Shown in pieces: positions 28,419-40,287 of a stretch of DNA of 63,426 bases. Origin of the DNA: Bacillota bacterium (GTDB lineage Bacteria; Bacillota; Limnochordia; DTU087); assembly GCA_012799135.1 (NCBI GenBank), contig JAAZLW010000235.1, positions 1 through 63,426 of the forward strand, given 5' to 3'. Position 1 is the first letter of the stretch. Each line of letters opens with the position of its first letter. The notes beneath the pieces are model-generated. The model was not told the DNA's origin. It did not search any database and was given only the letters and a program-made list of their open reading frames with translations. The translations under genes and the position numbers were made by a program.

Positions 28419-30311
28419 GTGAATGGTATGTCTGCTCCTATTCCAGAACAGGTCATTGCTGAGATTAGAGAGCGCAATGATATTGTTTCCGTCATATCAG
28501 AGTATGTCCAGTTGCGAAGGACCGGTAAGAATTGGAAGGGTCTTTGCCCATTCCATACCGAGAAGACTCCGTCGTTTAATGTCAACCAAGAAGAGCAGTT
28601 TTACTATTGTTTTGGCTGTGGCGTAGGTGGTAACGTAATCAATTTCATCATGGCTATAGAGAATCTTCCCTTTCTTGAGGCTCTGGAGCGGCTGGCCGAA
28701 CGGGCGGGCATACCACTTGTCTCGAAGACTGTTAGCCCCCAGGAGAAGCGGGAGCGCTCAAAGCGGGAGAAGCTTGTGCAGTTGCACCAAGCGGCTCAGA
28801 AGTTCTTTAGCCGTAACTTGTTCAGTAATGCTGGTATTAGCGCCAGGGAGTATTTGGCCGCCAGAGGCATCCAAGAGGAAACGGCTCGTCGATTTGGCCT
28901 CGGTTTTGCTCTGTCCGAGTGGAGAGGTCTTCTGACATATCTGGAGCACCAAGGGTTTGACCGAGCAGATTGTCTGGCGGCAGGGTTGATTTCAGAAGGG
29001 CAAAGTGGTAGAGATTATGATCGTTTCCGGGGTCGTGTGATGTTCCCTATCTGCAATGGTCGGGGACAGACCATTGCCTTTGGTGGGAGAGTACTCGATG
29101 AGTCACAGCCAAAGTACCTCAACTCACCGGAGACACTGATATTTAGTAAGGGGAATAATCTGTATAGGCTAGATTTGGCCAGGGCTGCTTTTCGGCAACA
29201 AGGGTTTGCTGTTGTGGTTGAAGGATACATGGATGTGATTGGACTCTATGAGGCGGGACTAAACAATGCTGTCGCCTCTTTGGGGACGGCCTTGACCGAA
29301 ACGCAGGCTCGAGTATTGCATCGGTTTACCGATGAGGTAGTCATCGCCTTCGATGGGGATGCAGCCGGTGAAGCTGCTGCTTGGCGAGGACTGGAGATAC
29401 TACGAAATCAGGGTCTGCGGGTGCGGGTGCTGGAACTGCCCGGTGGGGAGGACCCGGATACCTTTGTGCGGACTCATGGACGGCAAGCCTTTGATGACTT
29501 GATCAGTAAAGCAGCAGGATTGACAGAATTCAAGCTGAGTACGATTATTCGCCGAGGTGATGCATCCACCGTCGATGGAAAAGTTGCTACCACAGGAAGG
29601 ATTATCGAGGTATTGGCGGAAATAGATAGTCCTGTGGAGAAGAGCGAATACCTGCGTTGGGCGGCCGCGATGCTGAAGGTCAATCAGAATGTGCTGGAAG
29701 CGGAATTGGCAGCCTATGAGGCAAAAGCAGGTATTGAAAGCAGCTCTGGGCATAGAATCTCTGCAAGGAGCAATAATAGGAAAGATGGTAAGGGTACGAG
29801 CAGAGCTGATTCTAAAAGGGTTGGTCGCCCCGGAGGACGATTGGGTTTAGGCAGTTTTGTCGGACTATCGGCGATTGAGGCTAATTTGCTGCGGCTATTG
29901 CTCCATGACAGGTATTTGATCTCCCAGGTGCGAAATGTGTTATCTCCCAGTGATTTTCGGCACCCGGTAGCACAAAAGACCATGGAGTGTTTACTGGCCT
30001 GTGATGAGGCCGGTCAGTTGGACAGTGGAGCTGCAGTCCTTGACTATGCTAAGGATGCCAGTGTCCATAGACTGCTCACTGGATTACTGGCTTCCAGGAC
30101 AAGTTTGCCACCATCACAGACATGTATGCACTACGTTCGTCGATTGCAGATCATGCAACTGAAAGATGATCTTAAGCGATTGGAGGAACAAATCGGGCGG
30201 GTGGAGCATAATTTTCCAGATAGTGATCTAGTGAACCAGCTTGATAGCCTATTGATTAGATATCGACAAGTAAGGGAAGAGATTAGTGAGGGGTTCTCAC
30301 CAGGGCACTAG
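28419..30311 (+). CDS. dnaG: DNA primase
   Basis: Zinc ribbon CPFHTEKTPSF...CFGCG, TOPRIM region (VVVEGYMDVI...FDGDAAG). Confidence 0.96.
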   Translation: MNGMSAPIPEQVIAEIRERNDIVSVISEYVQLRRTGKNWKGLCPFHTEKTPSFNVNQEEQFYYCFGCGVGGNVINFIMAIENLPFLEALERLAERAGIPLVSKTVSPQEKRERSKREKLVQLHQAAQKFFSRNLFSNAGISAREYLAARGIQEETARRFGLGFALSEWRGLLTYLEHQGFDRADCLAAGLISEGQSGRDYDRFRGRVMFPICNGRGQTIAFGGRVLDESQPKYLNSPETLIFSKGNNLYRLDLARAAFRQQGFAVVVEGYMDVIGLYEAGLNNAVASLGTALTETQARVLHRFTDEVVIAFDGDAAGEAAAWRGLEILRNQGLRVRVLELPGGEDPDTFVRTHGRQAFDDLISKAAGLTEFKLSTIIRRGDASTVDGKVATTGRIIEVLAEIDSPVEKSEYLRWAAAMLKVNQNVLEAELAAYEAKAGIESSSGHRISARSNNRKDGKGTSRADSKRVGRPGGRLGLGSFVGLSAIEANLLRLLLHDRYLISQVRNVLSPSDFRHPVAQKTMECLLACDEAGQLDSGAAVLDYAKDASVHRLLTGLLASRTSLPPSQTCMHYVRRLQIMQLKDDLKRLEEQIGRVEHNFPDSDLVNQLDSLLIRYRQVREEISEGFSPGH

Positions 30312-30385
30312 ATCGAGGGAATCTATATATAAAAGGGGTTAAGACGTGATTGGTTTTATTTGGGTAATGGGAAGGGGGGAGCACG

Positions 30386-31483
30386 GTGAGCAACGACAAC
30401 GGAATGGCTAATCTCGAAAGCTTGAGAACTTTGCTCGATAGAGGAAAGAAGAAAGGCGTCCTGACGTATAAAGAGATAATGGATGCCCTACAAGAGATCG
30501 AGCTGTCTCCCGATCAGATTGATGATATTTATGAGCAGTTTTCTACCTTGGGGATCGATGTAATCGGTGATGCTGAGGATGAGAGTACCGATGAAGATGA
30601 TACCGATAAGGCGGAAGAGCACGAGGATACGGATTATGCGGTACTGGAAGGTATAGGGCTTGATGATCCGGTTCGAATGTATCTCAAGGAGATTGGGCGT
30701 GTGCCCCTACTGACTGCGGAGGAGGAGGTGGCACTTGCTAAGCGGATAGAAGCCGGCGATGAAATGGCGAGAAGGCAGTTAGCTGAGGCTAACCTGCGCT
30801 TAGTGGTAAGTATAGCCAAGCGATATGTCGGGCGAGGAATGCTTTTTTTGGACCTTATTCAGGAAGGCAACCTAGGGTTGATTAAGGCGGTGGAGAAATT
30901 CGACTACCGCAAGGGATACAAATTCAGCACCTATGCGACTTGGTGGATTAGGCAGGCTATCACTAGGGCTATAGCTGATCAGGCTAGGACTATCCGTATC
31001 CCAGTCCATATGGTAGAGACCATCAACAAGTTAATCAGGGTCAGCAGACAGTTGGTTCAAGAGCTAGGGCGAGATCCGACACCGGAAGAGATAGCCCTGG
31101 AAATGGACCTGTCTGAAGAGCGAGTAAGAGAAATTCTGAAGATCGCTCAGGAACCAGTATCCTTAGAGACACCGATTGGGGAAGAAGAGGATAGCCATTT
31201 GGGCGATTTCATAGAGGACCAGGAGGCACCGGCTCCAGCAGAGGCTGCATCCTTTGTGATGCTACGCGAACAGCTTGAGGATGTCTTGGATACTCTAACA
31301 GATCGGGAAGAGCAGGTACTGCGTCTGCGCTTTGGTCTAGATGACGGTCGTTCTCGTACCTTGGAGGAAGTAGGCCAGGTTTTTGGTGTCACTCGAGAGC
31401 GAATTCGACAGATTGAGGCGAAGGCCTTGCGCAAGCTTAGGCATCCTAGTCGCAGTAAGAAGCTAAAAGATTTTCTTGAGTAG
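30386..31483 (+). CDS. sigA: RNA polymerase primary sigma factor
   Basis: GTG start, acidic region 1, and the RpoD box [40 protein letters not shown]. Region 4 has [26 protein letters not shown]. Confidence 0.97.
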   Translation: MSNDNGMANLESLRTLLDRGKKKGVLTYKEIMDALQEIELSPDQIDDIYEQFSTLGIDVIGDAEDESTDEDDTDKAEEHEDTDYAVLEGIGLDDPVRMYLKEIGRVPLLTAEEEVALAKRIEAGDEMARRQLAEANLRLVVSIAKRYVGRGMLFLDLIQEGNLGLIKAVEKFDYRKGYKFSTYATWWIRQAITRAIADQARTIRIPVHMVETINKLIRVSRQLVQELGRDPTPEEIALEMDLSEERVREILKIAQEPVSLETPIGEEEDSHLGDFIEDQEAPAPAEAASFVMLREQLEDVLDTLTDREEQVLRLRFGLDDGRSRTLEEVGQVFGVTRERIRQIEAKALRKLRHPSRSKKLKDFLE

Positions 31484-31492
31484 AACCTGGGC

Positions 31493-31521
31493 TAGCCCAA
31501 GGAAGACCGATCCTTGGGCTA
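31493..31521 (+). terminator. hairpin after sigA (possible terminator, no U-tract)
   Basis: TAGCCCAAGGA (31493-31503) pairs perfectly with TCCTTGGGCTA (31511-31521) across a 7-nt loop. Confidence 0.4.
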
Positions 31522-31612
31522 ACCCAGAGGGGCGTTGAGCCCTGCTCGTTTGCTTGTCTTCTGAATGTTGTACCTAGGAAGCTGTGGGTGATTATTAGTG
31601 GCCGCACACAGG

Positions 31613-31641
31613 TTGACTGGCTGATAGATATGGATTATAAT
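31613..31641 (+). promoter_or_regulatory. near-consensus sigma-A promoter for the tRNA pair
   Basis: -35 TTGACT (31613-31618), 17-nt spacer, -10 TATAAT (31636-31641). The first tRNA begins 17 nt downstream. Confidence 0.7.
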
Positions 31642-31657
31642 AAGAGCGTCATCTTGT

Positions 31658-31732
31658 TCCTCGGTAGCTCAATGGTAGAGCACCCGGCTGTTAACCGGGT
31701 GGTTGTTGGTTCGAGTCCAACCCGGGGAGCCA
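31658..31732 (+). tRNA. tRNA-Asn (GTT)
   Basis: Cloverleaf read by eye: acceptor TCCTCGG/CCGGGGA, anticodon loop CT-GTT-AA, T-arm GGTTCGAGTCC, encoded CCA. Confidence 0.9.
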
Positions 31733-31738
31733 ACTCTT

Positions 31739-31813
31739 GGGCCCTTAGCTCAGCGGTAGAGCAGGGGACTCATAATCCCTTGGCCGCAGGTTCGAATCCT
31801 GCAGGGCCCACCA
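31739..31813 (+). tRNA. tRNA with CAT anticodon (elongator Met, or Ile2 if lysidine-modified)
   Basis: Acceptor GGGCCCT/AGGGCCC with a paired 1:72. Anticodon stem-loop GGGGA-CTCATAA-TCCCT. T-arm GGTTCGAATCC and encoded CCA. The paired 1:72 and the A:T pair next to the loop argue against an initiator tRNA. Confidence 0.85.
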
Positions 31814-31834
31814 ATGAAAATCCAGGAAGGAAGC

Positions 31835-31869
31835 AAAAACCACTGAGATCATGTTCACCGGTGGTTTTT
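31835..31869 (+). terminator. rho-independent terminator after the tRNAs
   Basis: AAAAACCAC (31835-31843) pairs with GTGGTTTTT (31861-31869), with a T-run. Confidence 0.75.
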
Positions 31870-32013
31870 TCTTGCTTGCCATTAGCCTAGGCCAAAGGAT
31901 ACATGAGTTTTCCATTTATCCAGATGACCACTTGTGATATTCTGATAGTGAAAGCTTTGATAGATCTCATTTAGTGGGAAGGATAGGTTGGTATTTTAGG
32001 AAGGACGGGGAGT

Positions 32014-32721
32014 ATGAGAGAATATGGCAAGGTAGCAGCAGTATTGGGTATATCTATCGTTGTGGCGTCATTGGTCTTTGGCATCTTTTTCTTTGAATCC
32101 CGGAAGCCGCAGCAGACCATTAGCGTAGTCGGGATCGCTTCGAAGCAGTATGAAGCGGATACGGTTAAGTGGTCACTTACCCTTACGGAAAGAACGGGGT
32201 TGGAGGATCTACCTGGTGGAAGACGTAGACTGCATGAGTCTTTGCAGGAACTGATTGCTTTCTTGAATGAGAAAGGTGTCAAAGCCGATCAGATCAGTAT
32301 CATACCACCCAACGTATATGAGCTTTATGGGAGCAATGGGGTTGAAGGCTATCGTCTGGAGCAGGAACTCTATATCATTTCCAAGGATGTTGACAATATT
32401 GACGATTTGGCTTTGAATGTGATCCCAGTGCTCGATCGAGATATCGACATCTATCGGACACGGCTAGAATACTTCTTTTCCGACATCGATGAGCTGAAGA
32501 AGAACATGGTGGCCGATGCTACTCAGAACGCTAGGGAGCGGGCTTTGGAGATGCTCAAAGGTAGCGAGATGTCCCTCGGAAAGCTCAGAAGTCTGAGGCA
32601 GGGGGTATTCCAGATCACTCAGCCACACTCCACCGAAGTTTCTAGCATGGGAATACACGATACCTCCACGAAGAAAAAACAGATCAGTGTCACCGCTCAT
32701 GCCACTTTCCAGATAAAATAG
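32014..32721 (+). CDS. SIMPL (DUF541) domain protein
   Basis: N-terminal TM segment, then ISVVGIASKQYEADTVKWSLTL... and a C-terminal ISVTAHATFQI, as typical of SIMPL/YggE-like proteins. Confidence 0.7.
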   Translation: MREYGKVAAVLGISIVVASLVFGIFFFESRKPQQTISVVGIASKQYEADTVKWSLTLTERTGLEDLPGGRRRLHESLQELIAFLNEKGVKADQISIIPPNVYELYGSNGVEGYRLEQELYIISKDVDNIDDLALNVIPVLDRDIDIYRTRLEYFFSDIDELKKNMVADATQNARERALEMLKGSEMSLGKLRSLRQGVFQITQPHSTEVSSMGIHDTSTKKKQISVTAHATFQIK

Positions 32722-32758
32722 CAGAAACGGTAGGGAAAGCCAGATATTGTCTACCAGA

Positions 32759-32790
32759 GGCAAGGGTATATACCCTTGCCCATTTTATTA
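32759..32790 (+). terminator. rho-independent terminator after the SIMPL gene
   Basis: Perfect palindrome GGCAAGGGTATATACCCTTGCC (32759-32780) followed by CATTTTATTA. Confidence 0.8.
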
Positions 32791-33015
32791 TGCCCGCGAG
32801 TCATTTCTCTTTGTGCTCACCAATCACTTCCCGCATACCCTTTTTGGGTACAGCCGCACAATATGCAAAGAAGTCTTCCCTAAGCTGACTTGGAAGGAAT
32901 AACCGTCTTTAGTCAAGAAAATCATTATACATCCGGGTGGAAAGGCTCCCCGTAAGAGTAGCATACAGAAAGCTGACATAGGTCTGCCTAGCTACAGAAA
33001 ACCAGGAAAGGATGA

Positions 33016-36105
<3,090 letters not shown>

Positions 36106-36123
36106 AACATCAATCTAAGCCGA

Positions 36124-36161
36124 AAGGGGCTACCTGGGTCATTTAACCCAGGCAGCCCCTT
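36124..36161. terminator. bidirectional terminator hairpin between convergent lacZ and the P-II gene
   Basis: AAGGGGCT-CCTGGG (from 36124) pairs with CCCAGG-AGCCCCTT (to 36161). Confidence 0.65.
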
Positions 36162-36239
36162 GCTCCTCTTCCTTTTATGAAGCCTTCTTACTAATCCCAA
36201 TCAAGTCTCGTTCAGGCTAAAGGAGACTAGAGAGCGAGG

Positions 36240-36572
36240 CTAGATTCCGTTATCAATGCCCCTCTGACGGGAGACTAGGCCTACTGTTTGGCTCACATCC
36301 AAGACAAAGGCGATACCTGATCCGGGTTTTTCCAAGTGACCGGTGTCGATCATGACTTGAAGAATCCTCTCAGTATCGTTTCTATCAGTTAGGACAAAGA
36401 GAATCTCCTTGGCTTCTTCGACGGTCAAGCCAAAAAAGGTCTTGGCTTCGTGGGCACCGGTTCCCCTGGCCAGAAAGACTGTACCGCCTTGTGCTCCGGC
36501 TTTCTTGGCAGCATTCATGACTGAATCTGCGCTTCCCCGAGGCAACACGACAAAGATCGCTTGATAGCTCAT
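36240..36572 (-). CDS. P-II family signal-transduction protein
   Basis: 110 aa with a GlnB-like fold signature (IFVVLPRG...AGAQGGTVFLARGTG...LFVLTD...GIAFVLDV). Sits immediately downstream of a DUF1538 membrane protein. Confidence 0.75.
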   Translation of the reverse strand: MSYQAIFVVLPRGSADSVMNAAKKAGAQGGTVFLARGTGAHEAKTFFGLTVEEAKEILFVLTDRNDTERILQVMIDTGHLEKPGSGIAFVLDVSQTVGLVSRQRGIDNGI

Positions 36573-36582
36573 ATGCTCACCT

Positions 36583-37278
36583 CTAGAGTCGATATATTAT
36601 GCCCAAAATTAACATTAGAGCTGTGGGACAGACAAGACAGAGGGCAATCAGACCAAATCCGTCTACTAAGGGATCACGGCCACCCAAGGCTGTAGCAATA
36701 CCGACCCCTAGAGCGACGGTCAGTGGTACCGTAACCGGGCCGGTGGTTACTCCGGATGCATCGAATGCTACTCCAGTAATGGCAGCAGGTGCTCGCCAAG
36801 CCAACAACGCCAGGAGAGCCATAGCCGGGATCATGATCTTGGCTGTGGGTATTTTCAGGATGATTTTTAACACACCTAGTGTGACACCCATGCCAATACC
36901 CAGGGCAACAGTTACCATCACCACCGATTTTCGCAGAGTCCCGGCGGTCAGTTGCTCAACCTGGCCGGCAAGGGATTGCATAGATGGTTCTGCCATTGTA
37001 ACACCAAAACCAAGAATAAAACTAAAAACCAGCACGAGCCAAAGAGGGGATTCCTTGGGGAGATTAAGCCCCACAGTCTCCCCTAAAGGGAGCAATCCCA
37101 TTCTTAAGCCATTAGAGAAAAGTACGAGTCCGATGACCGCGATCACAATCCCCATGAGATTTTCCTTGGGGTTTTCCAAGGGTGTACGAAGGATAAAGCG
37201 GTTGAATGCTAGAAGGAATAGGACAATGGGGAGGATGCCAGCAAGTGCCTCAATTGTTGTTTTATACACTTCCTTCAA
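36583..37278 (-). CDS. DUF1538 family membrane protein
   Basis: 231 aa, polytopic, Gly-rich TM helices (GLRMGLLPLGE..., FDASGVTTGPVTVPL). The family is characteristically paired with P-II-like genes. Confidence 0.7.
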   Translation of the reverse strand: MKEVYKTTIEALAGILPIVLFLLAFNRFILRTPLENPKENLMGIVIAVIGLVLFSNGLRMGLLPLGETVGLNLPKESPLWLVLVFSFILGFGVTMAEPSMQSLAGQVEQLTAGTLRKSVVMVTVALGIGMGVTLGVLKIILKIPTAKIMIPAMALLALLAWRAPAAITGVAFDASGVTTGPVTVPLTVALGVGIATALGGRDPLVDGFGLIALCLVCPTALMLILGIIYRL

Positions 37279-37523
37279 TGATCTTGAGCCTCCTTTAGTT
37301 TATGGTTAGGTCAAACTAGGTCGGTTATCTTATCTGTACCCACCATAGCCATATGTTTACTGTAACCTGTAACAAATACAAAGTCAAACATCGTTGACCA
37401 GTATCTAATCCATTCGTAACGGGGCGAAAGCTTCAGGCACGGGCAAGAAAAATTATGGTACTGCTGGCAAGCATAGGATATAATGTGGGTAAGAACGGCT
37501 ATTAATATTCGGAGGTGTTAGAC

Positions 37524-38327
37524 ATGAGACGATGGGGAAGCCTCATGCTTGTGGTGTTACTGCTAGGCGTATTCGCCAGCGGTGTGAGTGCAGACTCTCA
37601 AACAAAGTCCTTGATCATCAATCCTAGCCCAAAGAGTGATTTGCAGGTGCGGCTTTGGGCCGATAAGGGCACTAGTGACCCAGCCTATCGTGTGGGTGAG
37701 AGAGTACAACTGTATTTTGAAGTAAATCAGAATGCTTATATCACTATATACGACATCAATGCCGATGGAGATATTACTAAGCTCTTTCCCAACTATCAAC
37801 AGCCCAATGACTATGCCAGGAGAAATCGAGTCTATCGAGTACCAGATGGGTATGAGATCTATGCCGCACCACCTACAGGAGAGGAAACACTGCTGATTGT
37901 AGCTACCAGGAACAATCCGGTGGACTATCCTGAGTTGCTGCGAGAGAAGGGCCTGGATCGGCTCTTATCGAGGCTCCGGCGACGCTTAGCACTTGCGGGC
38001 GAGGATTGGGCCATGGACATCTGTGCCCTTCGAATTCTACCTGACAGACCACGGAGTGTGCGCCTAGATGTTGATAGCAATCTTTGGGGAGTGACACTGT
38101 ACGTGGATGGTGAGTACGCAGGAGAGCTTCCCCAAAGGGTAGAACTAGCCCCTGGTGAGCACCAGCTGGTGGCTCTTAAGAGTGGGTACAAAGCGGGCAT
38201 TCGGGACATTTACGTGGATCAGTATAGCGAAAATAGTAGGTGGGCGGTCCGGCTTGATGCTCTGCAGAAACCTCGTTCATCCTCTACGGAGGGCGATCTA
38301 AAGTTTGAATTCGAGATCAAGTTATAG
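37524..38327 (+). CDS. secreted DUF4384 plus PEGA domain protein
   Basis: Signal peptide, DUF4384-like core (VQLYFEVNQNAYITIYDINADGDITKLFPN...ETLLIVAT), and a PEGA-like C-terminus (VTLYVDGEYAGELPQRVELAPGEHQLVALKSGYK). ATG 37524 lies 8 nt after GGAGG. Confidence 0.65.
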   Translation: MRRWGSLMLVVLLLGVFASGVSADSQTKSLIINPSPKSDLQVRLWADKGTSDPAYRVGERVQLYFEVNQNAYITIYDINADGDITKLFPNYQQPNDYARRNRVYRVPDGYEIYAAPPTGEETLLIVATRNNPVDYPELLREKGLDRLLSRLRRRLALAGEDWAMDICALRILPDRPRSVRLDVDSNLWGVTLYVDGEYAGELPQRVELAPGEHQLVALKSGYKAGIRDIYVDQYSENSRWAVRLDALQKPRSSSTEGDLKFEFEIKL

Positions 38328-38376
38328 CTATAGTTTGATCAGAGCTCACCAAGCTCCTGGATCCTTCCTGTCTAAT

Positions 38377-38404
38377 ATACCGGTCCATCGCGGACCGGTA
38401 TTTG
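38377..38404 (+). terminator. rho-independent terminator
   Basis: ATACCGGTCC (38377-38386) pairs with GGACCGGTAT (38392-38401) and is followed by TTTG. Confidence 0.65.
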
Positions 38405-38496
38405 CCTTATAGGGGAGGAACTTCGTGTCGTATAGAGAATGTGTCCTCTGATGACGCCAAGTGATCTTGCTACTGCTTTAGGGAGAGGATGCGCTA

Positions 38497-39306
38497 ATGC
38501 TATCAGTGGCCGACATTATGGCATGTTTGGAGCAGAGCTTTCCTCAGTCACTGGCTGAGGAATGGGACAATGTGGGGTTGCAGGTGGGCTCCGCCTGTCT
38601 TCCTTGTCGAACGATAATGACATGTTTAACCGTTACCCAAGACGTAGTTGACTATGCCACTGAGATGGGAGTGGACTTGATTATTGCCCATCATCCCCTG
38701 ATCTTTACGCCACTAAAGGCTATCATCCTTCAGCAACCAGTGGGGCGAATCATTAGCAAGCTATTGGCCCATCAGATTTCGCTCTTTGTTGCCCATACAA
38801 ACATAGATAAGGCCTGTGGCGGACTCAATGACTGGCTGGCAGAGACTTTGCAGCTACAAGAGCCGGTAATCTTGGAAACCCGGGAAGGAGAAGCCGGTGG
38901 GTATGGCCGCATTGGCTGTCTGGCAGACGAGGTAACACTGACGTCCTTGGTCAGATGGGTTGGTAAAGCATTAGGTATTGAGACAGTGCGGTTTATAGGA
39001 GATCAGGATAAACCAATCCGAAAAGTAGCTGTGTGTAGTGGTAGCGGCTCACATCTTTGGCCTTTGGCTTTAGAACAGGGGGCCGACGCACTTATTACCG
39101 GAGACTTGAAGTACCATATCGCTATAGAAGTAGAAAATACCCCCTTGGCCCTAATTGATGCTGGGCACTTTGGCACTGAAGCTATTTTTGCATCACGTTT
39201 GGCAGTATGGGTGGGAAAGGAGGCGCAAAAGCAGCAATGGCCTTTACGGGTGATTGCCTATAAGGGGGAGACTGACCCGCTGGCGGCTGTGTGGAAAGGA
39301 GTCTAG
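38497..39306 (+). CDS. Nif3-like dinuclear metal centre protein (YqfO family)
   Basis: WDNVGLQVG, LIIAHHPLIF, VAHTNIDK and a C-terminal DAGHFGTE are typical of NIF3/YqfO. Confidence 0.9.
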   Translation: MLSVADIMACLEQSFPQSLAEEWDNVGLQVGSACLPCRTIMTCLTVTQDVVDYATEMGVDLIIAHHPLIFTPLKAIILQQPVGRIISKLLAHQISLFVAHTNIDKACGGLNDWLAETLQLQEPVILETREGEAGGYGRIGCLADEVTLTSLVRWVGKALGIETVRFIGDQDKPIRKVAVCSGSGSHLWPLALEQGADALITGDLKYHIAIEVENTPLALIDAGHFGTEAIFASRLAVWVGKEAQKQQWPLRVIAYKGETDPLAAVWKGV

Positions 39307-39310
39307 TAGC

Positions 39311-39493
39311 ATGGAGAGGCATTGTGAGCTATGTGGAAAACCTATTCCACTGGAACGATTGGACGCTTTGCCCCAGACCCGGCGTTGTGTGGATTGTGCT
39401 AGGGAAAATGGTTCCGATATCAGTGCAAAGCGAGTAGATATTGGGATGGATCTCGATACCTATAGGGATTTGCTCCGGGCGGTACGCAGCTAA
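39311..39493 (+). CDS. TraR/DksA-type C4 zinc-finger protein (60 aa)
   Basis: MERHCELCGKPIPLERLDALPQTRRCVDCA carries a CxxC-x17-CxxC zinc ribbon. The track ORF starts 19 codons earlier and overlaps nif3. Confidence 0.7.
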   Translation: MERHCELCGKPIPLERLDALPQTRRCVDCARENGSDISAKRVDIGMDLDTYRDLLRAVRS

Positions 39494-39659
39494 GCGATTG
39501 TTTTCCGACTGCGTGTGGGGATTTTCGGCCGGGTTGTAATAGGCATCTAGAATCATGGATTCCCCTAAACTTATTCTCCTGCACCTCTTTAGATGGTGCT
39601 GACTGCATAGCGATGATCTAGCCAATCACCGCTTTTTCTTTTTTGGGATTCTACTGAGA

Positions 39660-39697
39660 GGCCCTCGAAAAATCTAATTCGAGGGCCGATATTTTTT
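39660..39697 (+). terminator. rho-independent terminator upstream of the dcw cluster
   Basis: GGCCCTCGAA (39660-39669) pairs with TTCGAGGGCC (39678-39687) and is followed by GATATTTTTT. Confidence 0.75.
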
Positions 39698-39754
39698 CAT
39701 ATATGGAGAAGGACTTCAGCGGGGTTAGGCCGAATAGTGAAAACAGAGTGGTGG

Positions 39755-39794
39755 AAAGTGGGGGGAAGTGGGGGAGTCTGTGGCGAAAGTGGGG
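39755..39794 (+). promoter_or_regulatory. direct (A/G)AAGTGGGG repeats, putative MraZ operator
   Basis: AAAGTGGGG at 39755-39763, GAAGTGGGG at 39765-39773, AAAGTGGGG at 39786-39794. Start-to-start spacing is 10 and 21 bp. The repeats lie immediately upstream of mraZ. Confidence 0.55.
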
Positions 39795-39802
39795 CAGCGG
39801 CC

Positions 39803-40234
39803 ATGTTCATGGGAGAATGGCAACATACGCTTGATGCGAAGGGCCGTCTAATCATCCCAGCTAGATTCCGAGAACAGCTAGGGGACCGGTTCGTAGTGAC
39901 CAGAGGGCTGGACCACTGTCTTTTTGTATATCCCCCTGACGAATGGAGCATATTGGAGGAGAAACTGAAGTCACTGCCCTTGACCCAAGGTGATGCGCGC
40001 AGGTTTGTCCGATTTCTCTTTTCCGGAGCGATTGAATGTGAAGTGGACAAACAAGGTAGGATCACCCTTCCGGGGAATTTGAGAGACTATGCCAAACTAG
40101 ACAAAAACGTGGCGGTGATCGGAGTCTCCAATCGAGTAGAGATCTGGGCTAAGGAATACTGGGAGACATATATGGAGGAGGCCAGTGCCTCCTATGAGGA
40201 GATCGCGGAGAAGATCGTCGATCTTGGCATTTAG
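39803..40234 (+). CDS. mraZ: division/cell wall cluster transcriptional repressor MraZ
   Basis: Canonical N-terminus [23 protein letters not shown] and a second SpoVT/AbrB repeat ([16 protein letters not shown]). The track ORF extends 22 codons upstream across the repeat boxes. Confidence 0.93.
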   Translation: MFMGEWQHTLDAKGRLIIPARFREQLGDRFVVTRGLDHCLFVYPPDEWSILEEKLKSLPLTQGDARRFVRFLFSGAIECEVDKQGRITLPGNLRDYAKLDKNVAVIGVSNRVEIWAKEYWETYMEEASASYEEIAEKIVDLGI

Positions 40235-40287
40235 TAGGTGCAGCTTACTGATAGAAGAGCGCAACCTGGAGAAAGCTTGGTGGAGTT

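Noticed and set aside
31588-31890. 100-aa plus-strand ORF
   Set aside because: It reads straight through two tRNA genes and their promoter and terminator.
32790-32960. Possible gene remnant on the minus strand upstream of lacZ (...FLPSQLREDFFAYCAAVPKKGMREVIGEHKEK)
   Set aside because: Only about 35 codons are open, with a stop immediately upstream. There is no start or RBS and no family I can name. It might be a relic of a lost gene, but that cannot be supported from the sequence alone.
36599-37309. 236-aa plus-strand ORF
   Set aside because: It is antisense to the DUF1538 membrane protein. The translation is Arg/Pro/Thr-rich and has no motifs, whereas the minus frame gives clean TM helices and pairs with the P-II gene.
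39737-39802. N-terminal extension of MraZ in the track ORF ([22 protein letters not shown])
   Set aside because: This Gly-rich translation arises from the GTGGGG operator-like repeats. The family N-terminus MFMGEW starts at 39803.
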